IMG/VR virus record: IMGVR_UViG_2974629863_000001
Span: 70,974-134,973 of that record
Reading direction: 5' to 3' (one strand)
Source: a virus
Lineage: Duplodnaviria > Caudoviricetes
DNA length: 64,000 bases
Positions 1-9,825 of this stretch are shown here, one piece after another. Positions within the stretch are counted from its first letter, which is position 1. Each line of letters begins with the position of its first letter. The notes below the pieces were generated by a model. It was not told the origin of the DNA. It did no database searches and worked only from the letters and a program-made list of their open reading frames with translations. The translations under genes and the position numbers were made by a program.

Positions 1-2
1 AT

Positions 3-1199
3 ATCCTTGTTGCCGTACTTGACGAACTTGATGGTTTCGCCTTCGATGATGCAAACGATATCTACAAGGCTCTTTCAGGTACAGTGTCTTCTCGTTTCTC
101 CGAAGTCGGTAAGGTTCTAGTTCTATCATTCCCCCGTTCTAAGAATGGTTGGGTTTTCAAAAAGTACGATGAAGCTTGCAAGAACAAGGACGTAATCAAG
201 AAGTCTCACACGTTCAAGATTAATGCCGACTTGGAAGATGATGCACCAGGAAACGAATTTACCGTTCACTGGGAAGAAGAAGTAATCACTGAATACAAGA
301 TTGACAACTTCTTTGCCCTAAAGGCAGCTACCTTCAATGTAAACCCAATGAAGCACATTGAACAGTATAAGAAGGACTTCTACGACGACCTCGAAGATAC
401 ATTGATGCGTGTGTGTGCTAACCCACCCGACACAGATTCAAATGCATTCTTCAAGAATCACGCTAAGCTAGAACAAGTTTTCAATCAGTCTAATGGCTGG
501 GACAATGAAACGCAAGAGCTGAAGGTAATTGGTAAAGAAGACACCAACTACTACATTCACATCGACCTTTCAAAGATCCACGACCGTACTGTAGTTGCTC
601 TAGGACACGTAGACAAGTGGGTTCAGGTTGATATGGGATCACTAGCTACAGATCCAAAACCATTCATTGAAGTAGACTTATTCAGAGTTTGGGAACCTAC
701 TAGAAACAATCCAGTAGACCACTCAGAAGTTATGGACTTCGTACTACTACTATGTAAGAAGTTCCGTGTAGAACTTGTGACCTTCGACCAGTGGGGATCT
801 GCCAACATGATTGAATACCTAGTCAATGTAGGAATCAAGGCAGAAAAGAAATCCCTAGCCAGGCCGGAATATCAAGAGTTTGCACTAGCTGTAGGTGATC
901 TAAGACTAAGAGCACCAGAAGATCCTAGACTTATGGATGAACTTGTAAATCTAGTTATTCTTCCAGATGGTAAAGTGGATCACCCTAACAAGAACCACAA
1001 TGATATCTCGGAAGCTATTTGTGGAGTTATTCGCAACTGTGTTACATCTGAGTTCGAAGATTCTACGATGGAAGTTATTACGTACTCGGGCATCGTGCGC
1101 CAGGAGCAGGCACAGCGCGAAGCGGAACATGCTAGGATGAACAAGCCTCCGATGCCGAATGACATCCAACAGTGGCTAGACAGTTTGGAAGGAATTTAA
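3..1199 (+). CDS. terL: Terminase large subunit (5'-truncated; Walker B region plus RNase H-like nuclease domain)
   Basis: Frame is open from nt 3 (ILVAVLDELDG, Walker B). It continues with motif-III-like VLVLSFPR, nuclease HIDLS..DRT, VTFDQW and C-terminal KVDHP...NDISEA. Confidence 0.85.
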   Translation: MLVAVLDELDGFAFDDANDIYKALSGTVSSRFSEVGKVLVLSFPRSKNGWVFKKYDEACKNKDVIKKSHTFKINADLEDDAPGNEFTVHWEEEVITEYKIDNFFALKAATFNVNPMKHIEQYKKDFYDDLEDTLMRVCANPPDTDSNAFFKNHAKLEQVFNQSNGWDNETQELKVIGKEDTNYYIHIDLSKIHDRTVVALGHVDKWVQVDMGSLATDPKPFIEVDLFRVWEPTRNNPVDHSEVMDFVLLLCKKFRVELVTFDQWGSANMIEYLVNVGIKAEKKSLARPEYQEFALAVGDLRLRAPEDPRLMDELVNLVILPDGKVDHPNKNHNDISEAICGVIRNCVTSEFEDSTMEVITYSGIVRQEQAQREAEHARMNKPPMPNDIQQWLDSLEGI

Positions 1200-1201
1200 A
1201 G

Positions 1202-1696
1202 ATGCTTGTATTTTCCCGTGCTGCAGAAAGAATTGCCTTCCTCATTGAAAGAGATGGAGATAAATGTACTTTTCCAGGTTGCACGAGAAAATTTACAAAC
1301 AAGGACTTTCGGACAACCGATCACATCATTCCTGTTTCTAAAGGTGGACTAGATGAACCAGAAAACTGGACTCTAATGCATCAGACTTGTAATGGTAAAA
1401 AGGGAGATAGGCAATGGATCGCTTATGGTGTTCTAGAGCCTATCCCCGATAAGGTTATTAAGCCTAAGAAAGAGAAGCACAAAGATCCTTGCACTCAATG
1501 CAATGAGGGTCGTTCCTTGGCAAAGCATGAAACATGTGAGGTTTGTGGATCGGAACCACAACCAAAAGCATACCCTAGATACGCACAGAAGTTACCTAAA
1601 GAGTGTTCACACTCAGGTGAGGATTTTTGCTGGGCGTGTCTGTTAGATTACATTCCGAGAAAAAGCGCACTTGAAACACTATTGACAGGACCATAA
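1202..1696 (+). CDS. HNH endonuclease with Zn-binding Cys motifs, next to terminase
   Basis: RDGDKC..C...TTDHIIPVSKGG....NW..MHQTCNGKKG. Confidence 0.85.
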   Translation: MLVFSRAAERIAFLIERDGDKCTFPGCTRKFTNKDFRTTDHIIPVSKGGLDEPENWTLMHQTCNGKKGDRQWIAYGVLEPIPDKVIKPKKEKHKDPCTQCNEGRSLAKHETCEVCGSEPQPKAYPRYAQKLPKECSHSGEDFCWACLLDYIPRKSALETLLTGP

Positions 1697-1942
1697 AGAT
1701 GACCGAAGTACATGTATTAACTGAAGAAGACAAGATCCAAATCGTACTATCAACTCAGGATGCACAGATCCTAATGACTGTGCTGGCTAATTTCAATCGA
1801 GAGTATGCAGGACCACTTCTAAATCTGTACGAAGAATTAGAAGATGCAGGACTCGATATTTTCTCCAATCTATTCCTACAGGTATCCACAGTTGCACCAG
1901 AACTACGACTATTCTTACAAGCCCAAGAAGAAGAGGTAGAAG

Positions 1943-2392
1943 ATGTTTAATACATTCTCAAAGTGTCTAGAGCTAGCTGTACTTGCTCACAAGGGACAGA
2001 TTGATAAGATCGGAATCGACTACATCAATCATCCAATTGCAGTTGCTACTAAAGTAATGGAGCGTACTAACAAAGAAGAGGTCCATATTGCAGCAATCCT
2101 ACACGATGTAGTGGAGGATACTGTTTTTAGTATGGAAGTTCTTCGTCAATTGGGAGTTCCAGAATACTCATTGGAAATCGTTAAGCTTCTCACTAAGACT
2201 AAGGGTGAACCAAACATTGATTATTATCGCCGGATCAGAGAGCACGAAGATGCCAAGCTAGTAAAGATCGCAGACATAGAACATAACACATCTAAGTGGA
2301 GAATCGACCTTCTAGATGACCCTGAGTTAAAGGAACGTCTACTAGGTAAGTATTCATATGCTATGAAGGCACTGAATTTCGAGGTAGACTAA
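1943..2392 (+). CDS. HD-domain protein, RelA/SpoT-hydrolase (Mesh1/small alarmone hydrolase)-like
   Basis: AHKGQ.DK.G..YINHP, AAILHDVVEDT, LLTK, VKIADIEHN. Confidence 0.8.
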   Translation: MFNTFSKCLELAVLAHKGQIDKIGIDYINHPIAVATKVMERTNKEEVHIAAILHDVVEDTVFSMEVLRQLGVPEYSLEIVKLLTKTKGEPNIDYYRRIREHEDAKLVKIADIEHNTSKWRIDLLDDPELKERLLGKYSYAMKALNFEVD

Positions 2393-2718
2393 TGAATAAA
2401 TACAGTCCTATTAATAAATATGAAGAGCTAACGCCAGACGCGCAATATCCTTATGCTCTGGTTTGTTGGCATTATGGTGATCAGATTACATATCGAAAGC
2501 GACCACAGGCTAAGGCTATGCTTGGAAGGCATATGTTTAAAGCATCATCTTGGGATAATACCGCTAAGACACCATTTGGAATCCGTAAGTTCAAGTTATT
2601 CAAACTTGAAGCCGACGGTCGTTTTCACTTGATCTTTGATGATCAATCGCCTCTTGGTTTTGCTTATCGTCATGGCGATATCTCAGAAGAAGAGCTGAAA
2701 AAAGAAATCAACTGGTAA
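2392..2718 (+). CDS. Hypothetical protein, paralogue of 6794..7111
   Basis: Shared Y..R..AK..L segment and C-terminal I(S/T)E(E/D)EL...I(N/D)W. Confidence 0.5.
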   Translation: MNKYSPINKYEELTPDAQYPYALVCWHYGDQITYRKRPQAKAMLGRHMFKASSWDNTAKTPFGIRKFKLFKLEADGRFHLIFDDQSPLGFAYRHGDISEEELKKEINW

Positions 2719-2727
2719 TTCCGCTCT

Positions 2728-2770
2728 GCACCGACGCTGGCCCGCACGGTTGGCGTCGGTGCGCTAGGAT
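2728..2770 (+). promoter_or_regulatory. GC-rich inverted repeat followed by TAGGAT -10 box upstream of rIIA
   Basis: gcaccgacgc...gcgtcggtgc then gcTAGGATag; same -10 as other phage promoters in the window. Confidence 0.5.
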
Positions 2771-2800
2771 AGAGGAACACAACAACACAGAGGAAAATGA

Positions 2801-4762
2801 ATGATCCCGAATAAATCTACAATTTATACAGAGGGAAGTCTGGGCGGTGAAATCATCAACATGGGAGTTGATGAAAGCAGTCTTTCTAACATCATGAGCC
2901 TACTTACTGATATGTATTCAGATAAGATTATGGCATGTATCAGAGAATATTCCACTAACGCAGTAGATTCAAATATTGCAGCGGGGAATCCAGATCCAGT
3001 AAAAATCACTACTCCGACAGCACTTCATCCTTACTTAGTAATTAGAGATGAAGGACTAGGATTAAGTTCGGATGATATCAAAAAGATTTACTCTAGGTAT
3101 GGTGCAAGTACTAAGCGAGAGTCAAATGACTTTAACGGTACATTAGGAATTGGTTGCAAGGCAGCTCTTACCTATGCAGATCAGTTTACATTGACTGGAA
3201 TTAAAGATGGTATTGAAACTCTAGTTGCCATTAGCCGAAGTGCAGATGGTGCAGGAACAATGGAAATTGTTGCAGTTTCGCCAACTTCTCTACCCAATGG
3301 GGTAACAGTCCAAATTCCTGTAACTAAGCGAGATGACCGAGACATTTTCTATGACAAGGCAATCGAATTTGCTCGGTTCACTCGTGGAAGTGTTCTAGTT
3401 AATGGAAAGCATGTAGAACTAGATGGAAAGTTTGTTCATGATCAGTTTTGGGTTCGTGAACCAATTAGTCGTTGGTCTTCAAGAACTCCTCAGATTGTTA
3501 TGGGTGGAGTTGCCTACCCGATTGATGGAGAATACTTAGATGTTCCTGTCGGACGAGATAATTTAATCTATTTCGCCGAGATGGGAGAGGTTGACTTTCC
3601 ACCCTCTCGTGAGAGTCTAATGTATACTACCAACACAATTGCTACTCTTAAGAGAATTGAGAAAGAGTATACAGAATATCTAAAGTCCAGTTTTGAAGAT
3701 GAAATTTCAAAGAGTTTAGATATTCATGATGCTTGGTCAAAAGCAAAAAGTATTAATTACAAGTATAGTGCAAATTTTGAATTTCAATACAATGGATTAG
3801 AACTTCCAGAACATGTTGACGTTTTGGTTGGAACTTGGTCTACCAATTCATCATTATCCTCTTCAGCTAATTGGAGTTGGGTAGGTACTATTAATCATAA
3901 ATTGATTATCAATGGCTGGACCAATAAAGTATTTAGCAAGGTTCAATCTAGAAAGATCGTTAAGTATTTAGAAGAGCATCATCCAGATCTTAAAGATGAA
4001 ACTACAGCATATTTTATGCCGGAACTTCCAGAAGATCCAACCAAGAAGGCTCTTTTTGCTAAATGCACAGTTATTCACTGGGAAGACATCAAAACCGTAG
4101 CAGTGGCGGCAGCTCAGAAGACAGTTAAGCCTGAGCGTATGTGGATGAGAACAGATGATCGAGAAAAAGCACCAGACAAAACAAAGCAACTATACTATGG
4201 TCAGCGATCAGATTGGTCACATCGAGTAAGTGATCTATTTAATTCAGATGAAATTGAATCATACTATGTATCAAAGTCTCAGCAGCCAACATTCCTCAAG
4301 AAATACCCTGATGCTAAACCTCTTCATTCTTTAGGGAAGAATCTTGTGATAGAGTGGCTTCAGGGATTAACGGCAGATGATCATAAAGCATTCAGTCTGC
4401 ACGCTCATTTCTATGAGGCTTGGACATTGAATGTTGATGATATCTTAGATCCAGATCTAAAGCTTATGGTTCAAGCATCGAGTCAGTATCATACTAATAA
4501 GAAAACATCTCTGTTCGATACTAGACAGCAGATGCTACGTCTGAATTACTATGTCCCAGATGCAGAACTAAACGCTCTCGGATTAGTATTTCCTGATCTT
4601 GGATCAGGCGGGTCAGATGTATTAGATAAATATCCTCTGCTAAAATATACAGATCTAAGAGAATATCAATTTGATCTAGTAACGAAACCAGTAGTTAAGA
4701 AACAAATGACAGATTATGTAAATAATGTTTGGAAGGAACTAAACGCCAATGGCACAGTTTAA
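2801..4762 (+). CDS. rIIA: rIIA-like protein (N-terminal GHKL/HATPase domain)
   Basis: MYSDKIMACIREYSTNAVDS, IRDEGLGLS, YGASTKRESNDFNGTLGIGCK, NGVTVQIP; paired with an rIIB-like gene. Confidence 0.85.
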   Translation: MIPNKSTIYTEGSLGGEIINMGVDESSLSNIMSLLTDMYSDKIMACIREYSTNAVDSNIAAGNPDPVKITTPTALHPYLVIRDEGLGLSSDDIKKIYSRYGASTKRESNDFNGTLGIGCKAALTYADQFTLTGIKDGIETLVAISRSADGAGTMEIVAVSPTSLPNGVTVQIPVTKRDDRDIFYDKAIEFARFTRGSVLVNGKHVELDGKFVHDQFWVREPISRWSSRTPQIVMGGVAYPIDGEYLDVPVGRDNLIYFAEMGEVDFPPSRESLMYTTNTIATLKRIEKEYTEYLKSSFEDEISKSLDIHDAWSKAKSINYKYSANFEFQYNGLELPEHVDVLVGTWSTNSSLSSSANWSWVGTINHKLIINGWTNKVFSKVQSRKIVKYLEEHHPDLKDETTAYFMPELPEDPTKKALFAKCTVIHWEDIKTVAVAAAQKTVKPERMWMRTDDREKAPDKTKQLYYGQRSDWSHRVSDLFNSDEIESYYVSKSQQPTFLKKYPDAKPLHSLGKNLVIEWLQGLTADDHKAFSLHAHFYEAWTLNVDDILDPDLKLMVQASSQYHTNKKTSLFDTRQQMLRLNYYVPDAELNALGLVFPDLGSGGSDVLDKYPLLKYTDLREYQFDLVTKPVVKKQMTDYVNNVWKELNANGTV

Positions 4763-5810
4763 TTACGTATCTAAAGAAGGTACAGAAGTAGTAACCGCTC
4801 TAATCAATGGTAAGCTTCTCACAATTACCAATGATCATCCTAACTTCGAATCAGCTCTTAATCGTCTACGTAAAGTAGAAGACGGAGATGTAGAAGAATT
4901 TGACGAAATCGAAATGCTATTTGATCCGGTAAAGAAGATCGAAAAGGTATTCGCTAAGATTTCAACACGAGTTTCAATTGAAGATGGACAGGTTCTTTAT
5001 GAGGGTGATCCGATTCACTCAACTCTTGCAGATGAGATTCTTCGATTCCATAATGATGGTGATGACGGTTACGAACCTCTAGCTAAGTTCCTAGAGAAGG
5101 TTTACCAGAATCCGAATCCGCACAGTCGAGAAATGCTATTCGATTGGATTTCAGAGGCAGACCTTACTATTAATCGTGATGGTGACATTGTTGGTTACCG
5201 TGGACTAAATAGCGACTTCACCAGCAAGCATTCAGGTGGAGCAATTGTTAACGGTGAAAAGGTTAATGGTCACATTCCTAATAATCCTGGCAATGTTATT
5301 GAAATGGCACGTGGAGAAGTAACTTTCGATCCTCAGTCGGAATGTGCATATGGTCTACATATCGGTACGTACGATTACGCTAGCTGGTGGGGTCAGATTA
5401 TTGTCGAGTGTGTTATTGATCCTACAGACGTAGTTTCAGTGCCGGAATACGATCATCGAAAGATGCGTGTATGCCGTTACCGTGTAGTCGATGTTGTAGA
5501 TTCAAAGTACACGGATTCTTACCTAGATACAGGGTTTGATCCAGATGAGGACTTTGATGAAATTGCAGATGACGATGACTACTGGGATAACCATGACGCG
5601 CCGGAAGAGGCTGTAGAAGATACAGATAAGCCTGAGCCAGGTCTAGAATGGTTACAGCAAATTCTACAGAAGATTAATGTTCCGAAGCAGAATTACATCA
5701 CAAATAACTTTGTAGCACCTGCAGTGACAAACAATGTAGTAGATACTACAAAGAATCATCTAAAGCAGCAGCGTGATGCAAATGGACGTTTCATTAAGAA
5801 GGGAAACTAA
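4749..5810 (+). CDS. rIIB: rIIB-like protein
   Basis: FLEK...NP, LFDW, DGDIVGYRGL, C..GLHIG..YA, IDPTDVVSVP.YD..KMRVCRY. Confidence 0.85.
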   Translation: MAQFNYVSKEGTEVVTALINGKLLTITNDHPNFESALNRLRKVEDGDVEEFDEIEMLFDPVKKIEKVFAKISTRVSIEDGQVLYEGDPIHSTLADEILRFHNDGDDGYEPLAKFLEKVYQNPNPHSREMLFDWISEADLTINRDGDIVGYRGLNSDFTSKHSGGAIVNGEKVNGHIPNNPGNVIEMARGEVTFDPQSECAYGLHIGTYDYASWWGQIIVECVIDPTDVVSVPEYDHRKMRVCRYRVVDVVDSKYTDSYLDTGFDPDEDFDEIADDDDYWDNHDAPEEAVEDTDKPEPGLEWLQQILQKINVPKQNYITNNFVAPAVTNNVVDTTKNHLKQQRDANGRFIKKGN

Positions 5811-5954
5811 TATGTTAGTATATCTAACTGGTAGAGCAGAATTTATTGAAGTAGATGCTGATTCTCATGTAATAAATGCAGATAAAGTATTAGTATTGTA
5901 TAAGGGCGATGAAAGAGTCGCTTCATTTTCAAATTGGGACGGTGTAGTAAAGGT

Positions 5955-6107
5955 ATGAATCTAACACGAGTAAGTACAGCAGATCTAATTAAGGAACTCA
6001 ATGCACGAACGGTCGGTGGAAAGAAGTACGATCCCCGACCCATTGATTCACGACTCAATCATCTAAGTATGAAGCGTGATAAGTTAGGCCGTTTCATTAA
6101 GGCTTGA
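5955..6107 (+). CDS. 50-aa basic peptide sharing the rIIB C-terminal tail motif
   Basis: Manually translated MNLTRV...LNHLSMKRDKLGRFIKA; start overlaps previous stop; below the ORF-track cutoff. Confidence 0.55.
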   Translation: MNLTRVSTADLIKELNARTVGGKKYDPRPIDSRLNHLSMKRDKLGRFIKA

Positions 6108-6132
6108 CAAAGTTAGTCTGATCTGTTAAGAT
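6104..6132 (+). promoter_or_regulatory. SigA-type promoter for the first tRNA operon
   Basis: TTGACA(6104-9)-17 bp-TAAGAT(6127-32). Confidence 0.75.
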
Positions 6133-6138
6133 CAACAA

Positions 6139-6240
6139 TATTGATTAGGTCGTAGTCCCAGCCTAAGTATTTAGAAATGCTTTTCAGCCGAGGGTAGGTG
6201 CTGATAAGGAATTGCAACTTTCTAAATGGCCTAATCAATA
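6139..6240 (+). ncRNA. About 102-nt rod-like structured RNA leader before tRNA-Thr
   Basis: Nested stems tattgattagg/cctaatcaata, atttagaaa/tttctaaat, tcagc/gctga; runs from the predicted TSS to the tRNA 5' end. Confidence 0.55.
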
Positions 6241-6241
6241 C

Positions 6242-6317
6242 GCCGGGTTAGCTCAGTTGGTAGAGCGTCATACTTGTAATGTGAATGTCAGGAGTTCGAT
6301 TCTCCTACCCGGCTCCA
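6242..6317 (+). tRNA. trnT: tRNA-Thr(UGU), CCA encoded
   Basis: gccgggt/acccggc acceptor, loop cttgtaa, T loop ttcgatt. Confidence 0.95.
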
Positions 6318-6318
6318 T

Positions 6319-6392
6319 TTCCTTATAGTGTAATTTGGCAAGCACGACAAGCTCTGGTCTTGTTAGTTTGGGTTCGAGTCCTGATAAGGAAG
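6319..6392 (+). tRNA. trnQ: tRNA-Gln(CUG)
   Basis: ttcctta/taaggaa acceptor, acaag-ctctggt-cttgt anticodon arm, ttcgagt T loop. Confidence 0.9.
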
Positions 6393-6490
6393 CGGTGCGT
6401 AGATTTCAATAGGGACGAAGGTTGTGAAAACAATCGGAGCGCCAACCGACACAGATCATCCTTAACGATCTATCCAGTCTGTGTCACATA

Positions 6491-6561
6491 CCTTCTGTAG
6501 CATAAAGGTAATGCCCTAGGTTGTGGGCCTAGTTAAGACGGATCAGTACCGTCCAGAGGGA
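6491..6561 (+). tRNA. trnH: tRNA-His(GUG) with atypical T loop, no genomic G-1, A73
   Basis: ccttctg/cagaggg acceptor, ctagg-ttgtggg-cctag, gacgg-atcagta-ccgtc. Confidence 0.8.
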
Positions 6562-6793
6562 CAATAAAAAGGAGTAATAATGGATGACACATTTGATTTC
6601 CCAGAAGCATTGATGAAATACCAACCTGAAAAAATGAAAGGTTGGATTGTTACAAAGGAACTAATCGACGGAATCGTTAAAGAAGTTTGGACCGCAGAAG
6701 AAGGTTCAGAAGCCGACGATTGGCTACGAGATATTTTAAGCAGAGACCGATCACAAGCCAAGCCATATGTACGTAAGACTAAAAGGAAAACAG

Positions 6794-7111
6794 ATGACTC
6801 AGTATGATGCAACCAGTACAGCAAAGGTAGGCGTTCCTAATCCAAAGCGAGCAACACATGCTACTTACAAGATAGGACGACAGCCAAAATTAAAATATCA
6901 AACACGCGGAGAAGCTAAAAACGCTTTACGATGGTGTCTTTCAGAGGGTGCAACCACTAGAAGTGGCAATAAGAGCATGTCTAGAATGACCGTCTACAAG
7001 TTTACAAATGATGAATATGTCCCTATTTTTGATTCATTGTCAGAGCTAGCAAAGGCATACATTGATGCCAAGATCACAGAAGATGAATTATTTAATCTAA
7101 TAGATTGGTAA
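6794..7111 (+). CDS. Hypothetical protein, paralogue of 2392..2718
   Basis: RBS aggaaa; YQTRGEAKNAL...ITEDELFNLIDW. Confidence 0.5.
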   Translation: MTQYDATSTAKVGVPNPKRATHATYKIGRQPKLKYQTRGEAKNALRWCLSEGATTRSGNKSMSRMTVYKFTNDEYVPIFDSLSELAKAYIDAKITEDELFNLIDW

Positions 7112-7996
7112 CTAATGGTAAATCTAAATGCAATTGGGATTAGGTTAGTTATGATGGAAAATTCCATTCAAAAGGCATGGCTTGATGGTGACATTTCAGA
7201 AGAGCTAATGGATAAATTATTGGGATGCTTGCAAGAATGTATTAATATTGGGCATGGTTTAAATGCCGATGGGAGCTTTAATGTCATTAATGAACAAGGT
7301 ACGAATTAGTACGGAATTAGCCGGGTTTGATTGGCTTATTGTAGTATCTGCATTAGATGCATATATGATTGAACATGAAGGTCAAATGGATTTTCTAGAT
7401 CTAATAGAGTTTGTAGAGCATATTGAAAGTAGAATTCAAGAATGAGTTGGAAAGATAGCTTTTATGAAGAGGTTAAAAAGTACTTAGCTTCAAAGCATGA
7501 TCTGCATCATGTAGAGCGTATCACAAGTGTAAAAGAAGAAGAAACTTCTGGTCCTATGTGTGGAGAGGGAACTTGTTGGGATTCGTGGAAGGTTGTAGAG
7601 ATTGATTATGTCGATTCATATGGTTACAACCAATATGTAGAAGTTAGAATGGACCTTGTAGAATTTATGGAGCAGCTATGAGAGAAAATAAGATCTATAT
7701 TCTAGCAAAGTACGGAGATAAACTGACTTGCCCCGGTTGCAAAGAAACATTGATATTTGATCAAATGGACGGTTGGAGAAACGATAACGGACTCACTTGC
7801 GTCCAAAGGACAACGCATTCAGATCACATCATTACGGAGCTGCAGTGAGTATACTAGTAAGTATCTTGATCGGACTAGCAATACCTGTCGCATTTCTGTT
7901 TGTCGTCCAGCGTCTTGTAGGTGACCCGAACATGATCAAAGACGCATGGAAGTGCCGACGTCGCCTATTTAATCACAAGTCTTCGGAGAGGTCACT

Positions 7997-8557
7997 ATGA
8001 GCTATTTAGCAAACTACGCCGGATCAGATAGGCATTATCATACCTTTGAACACATTGGTAAAATGATATCCGATCTTAACAAGTATTTCCCTGAGTATAA
8101 AGACGATCAAGTACTCAAAGATGCAATCATGTATCACGACTGTATCTATAGAGCAGATGCACCATCAGGGTCAAACGAGATGAATAGCTTCAATGCAGCA
8201 GCAGAAGAACTAAAGATCAGTCCCTACAGTGGCAAGTATGCAGAACTCAAGGGTCTTATTATGGCAACTCATAAACATGAGAATCCTGTGACTATGAAGC
8301 AGGCGATTATCATTGATTTAGATTTAGCTGGTCTAGCATCAGACAATTATATGCAAAACTCAATCAATGTACGCAAGGAATATCACATCTTCTCAGATCT
8401 ACAGTGGTTGCGTGGGCGCAAGGCATTTTTGGACAGTTTCATGGGCCGCAAAATCTACCAGACCGAAACGGGCCAACAATGGGAGAATCGTGCTAAGCTG
8501 AACTTGGCCGACGAGCTGGTTCACGTCGAGCGGAAATTGTTCCAACTCAGGGCTTGA
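7997..8557 (+). CDS. HD-superfamily metal-dependent phosphohydrolase
   Basis: RHYHTFEHI, AIMYHDCIY, ATHKH, DLDLAGL, VRKEY, GRKAFL, RAKLNL. Confidence 0.8.
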   Translation: MSYLANYAGSDRHYHTFEHIGKMISDLNKYFPEYKDDQVLKDAIMYHDCIYRADAPSGSNEMNSFNAAAEELKISPYSGKYAELKGLIMATHKHENPVTMKQAIIIDLDLAGLASDNYMQNSINVRKEYHIFSDLQWLRGRKAFLDSFMGRKIYQTETGQQWENRAKLNLADELVHVERKLFQLRA

Positions 8558-8592
8558 CAGGCTGGTACCCATCCTGTTAGGATGGGTACCAG
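8554..8592 (+). promoter_or_regulatory. SigA-type promoter overlapped by a 14-bp inverted repeat
   Basis: TTGACA(8554)-18-TAGGAT(8578); ctggtacccatcct-gtt-aggatgggtaccag. Confidence 0.7.
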
Positions 8593-9357
8593 AGCAAGCA
8601 ACCACAACCGAAAGGCAATCTGATGTCTCGCAAGATGGACAGTTTCAAAGCTGAAATTGCAGAGTACGCAGTTATCAGTGCAGAAGCTACTGATCTTCGA
8701 CGTAAGCTGTCAGCAATTGAAAAGCGTCAAAAGGAAATCAAGTCTCTTGTTATTCCTAAGATGAAAGGTTCTACTGTTGGTAGTATTGACAATGAAGATC
8801 TTTTCGAGATTGTAGACGTCGGAAAGAGTTCGGTTACGATTGACAGAGTGATGCTCTACGCACCACAGCTTGCAGATAAGCTGATCGTCAAGAATCCCAG
8901 CCTGACCATTAAGTTCCTAACAAAGGTAGTAAAGTGAAGCAGATCCAGCTCAGCAAAGATGACATTGATGATCTTGAAGGTTGGTTTGAAGATGAAGCCT
9001 TTAATGATCCCCGTCTAGGAAAGCTACTCAGCAATCGAAAGGTTCGTAGTGAATACGATGATTAATTGGCTAGGCCAAGAGATTAAAGTCGGAGATATCG
9101 TTTATCGCGGGGCTAGAGATGGTGACAGTTCTAGTTTTAAACTTGGGACTGTAATCAAAGTTAATCCAGAGAAAGAAACTGCACGTGTAGAGTGGAATGT
9201 AGAACAGCAAAAGCGGATTCGAGATGATCGCAAATCATATGATACTTATGCGGTAATGTTTAAGTATGAATCAGTTGGGACTTGTTCAATCCATACACTT
9301 TTTCTATGTCCAGGTAATTTCATAGATGATCTACCTATTCGAGAAGGTTGGCGTTAA

Positions 9358-9708
9358 GTGTCTATTTATACTGATATGATTGAAATCCTTAGAGAACGTG
9401 GATTGGCTATCGGGACTCCTATTGATGAAGAAGGAAAGTGCTGTTTGCTTGGTGCTAAGGCTTTGGCTCAAGGCACAAGTGAAGTTGAAATCAATGATAC
9501 CATCAATGTCTTTAATGGAGATGGAATTGAAGAGCTGGTAGCTATTTGCTCGGATCGCCGGAATCACAATAAAGCCTTTAATCACAACAAACAATCTTAT
9601 ACTTATGTATGGGCTTATAGTGATGAATTTATCCAAGGAAATACAGATGCTGCAATTGCACTTCTAGAAGAAGCTGAATCTCTCCGACAAAACAAAACTG
9701 TAGTATAA
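9358..9708 (+). CDS. Hypothetical protein, MSIYTDM/CCLLG paralogue family (copy 1)
   Basis: Same N-terminus and CC(L/I)LG, EEL, LLEEAE motifs as 32751.. and 33100.. Confidence 0.6.
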   Translation: MSIYTDMIEILRERGLAIGTPIDEEGKCCLLGAKALAQGTSEVEINDTINVFNGDGIEELVAICSDRRNHNKAFNHNKQSYTYVWAYSDEFIQGNTDAAIALLEEAESLRQNKTVV

Positions 9709-9751
9709 TTTAGACCTTGGAAGTGATTCACTACTCCGATTCACTTCCTTC

Positions 9752-9824
9752 GCCTCCGTAGCTCAGCGGACAGAGCAAATCACTTCTAATGATTAGGTCG
9801 CAGGTTCGATCCCTGCCGGGGGCA
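9752..9824 (+). tRNA. trnR: tRNA-Arg(UCU)
   Basis: gcctccg/cgggggc, aatca-cttctaa-tgatt, ttcgatc T loop. Confidence 0.95.
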
Positions 9825-9825
9825 C

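Noticed and set aside
6285-6500. ORFs overlapping tRNAs (6285..6500, 9731..9916, and 5' extensions at 11227 and 12077)
   Set aside because: They overlap clear tRNA cloverleaves; true starts are downstream (11260, 12134).
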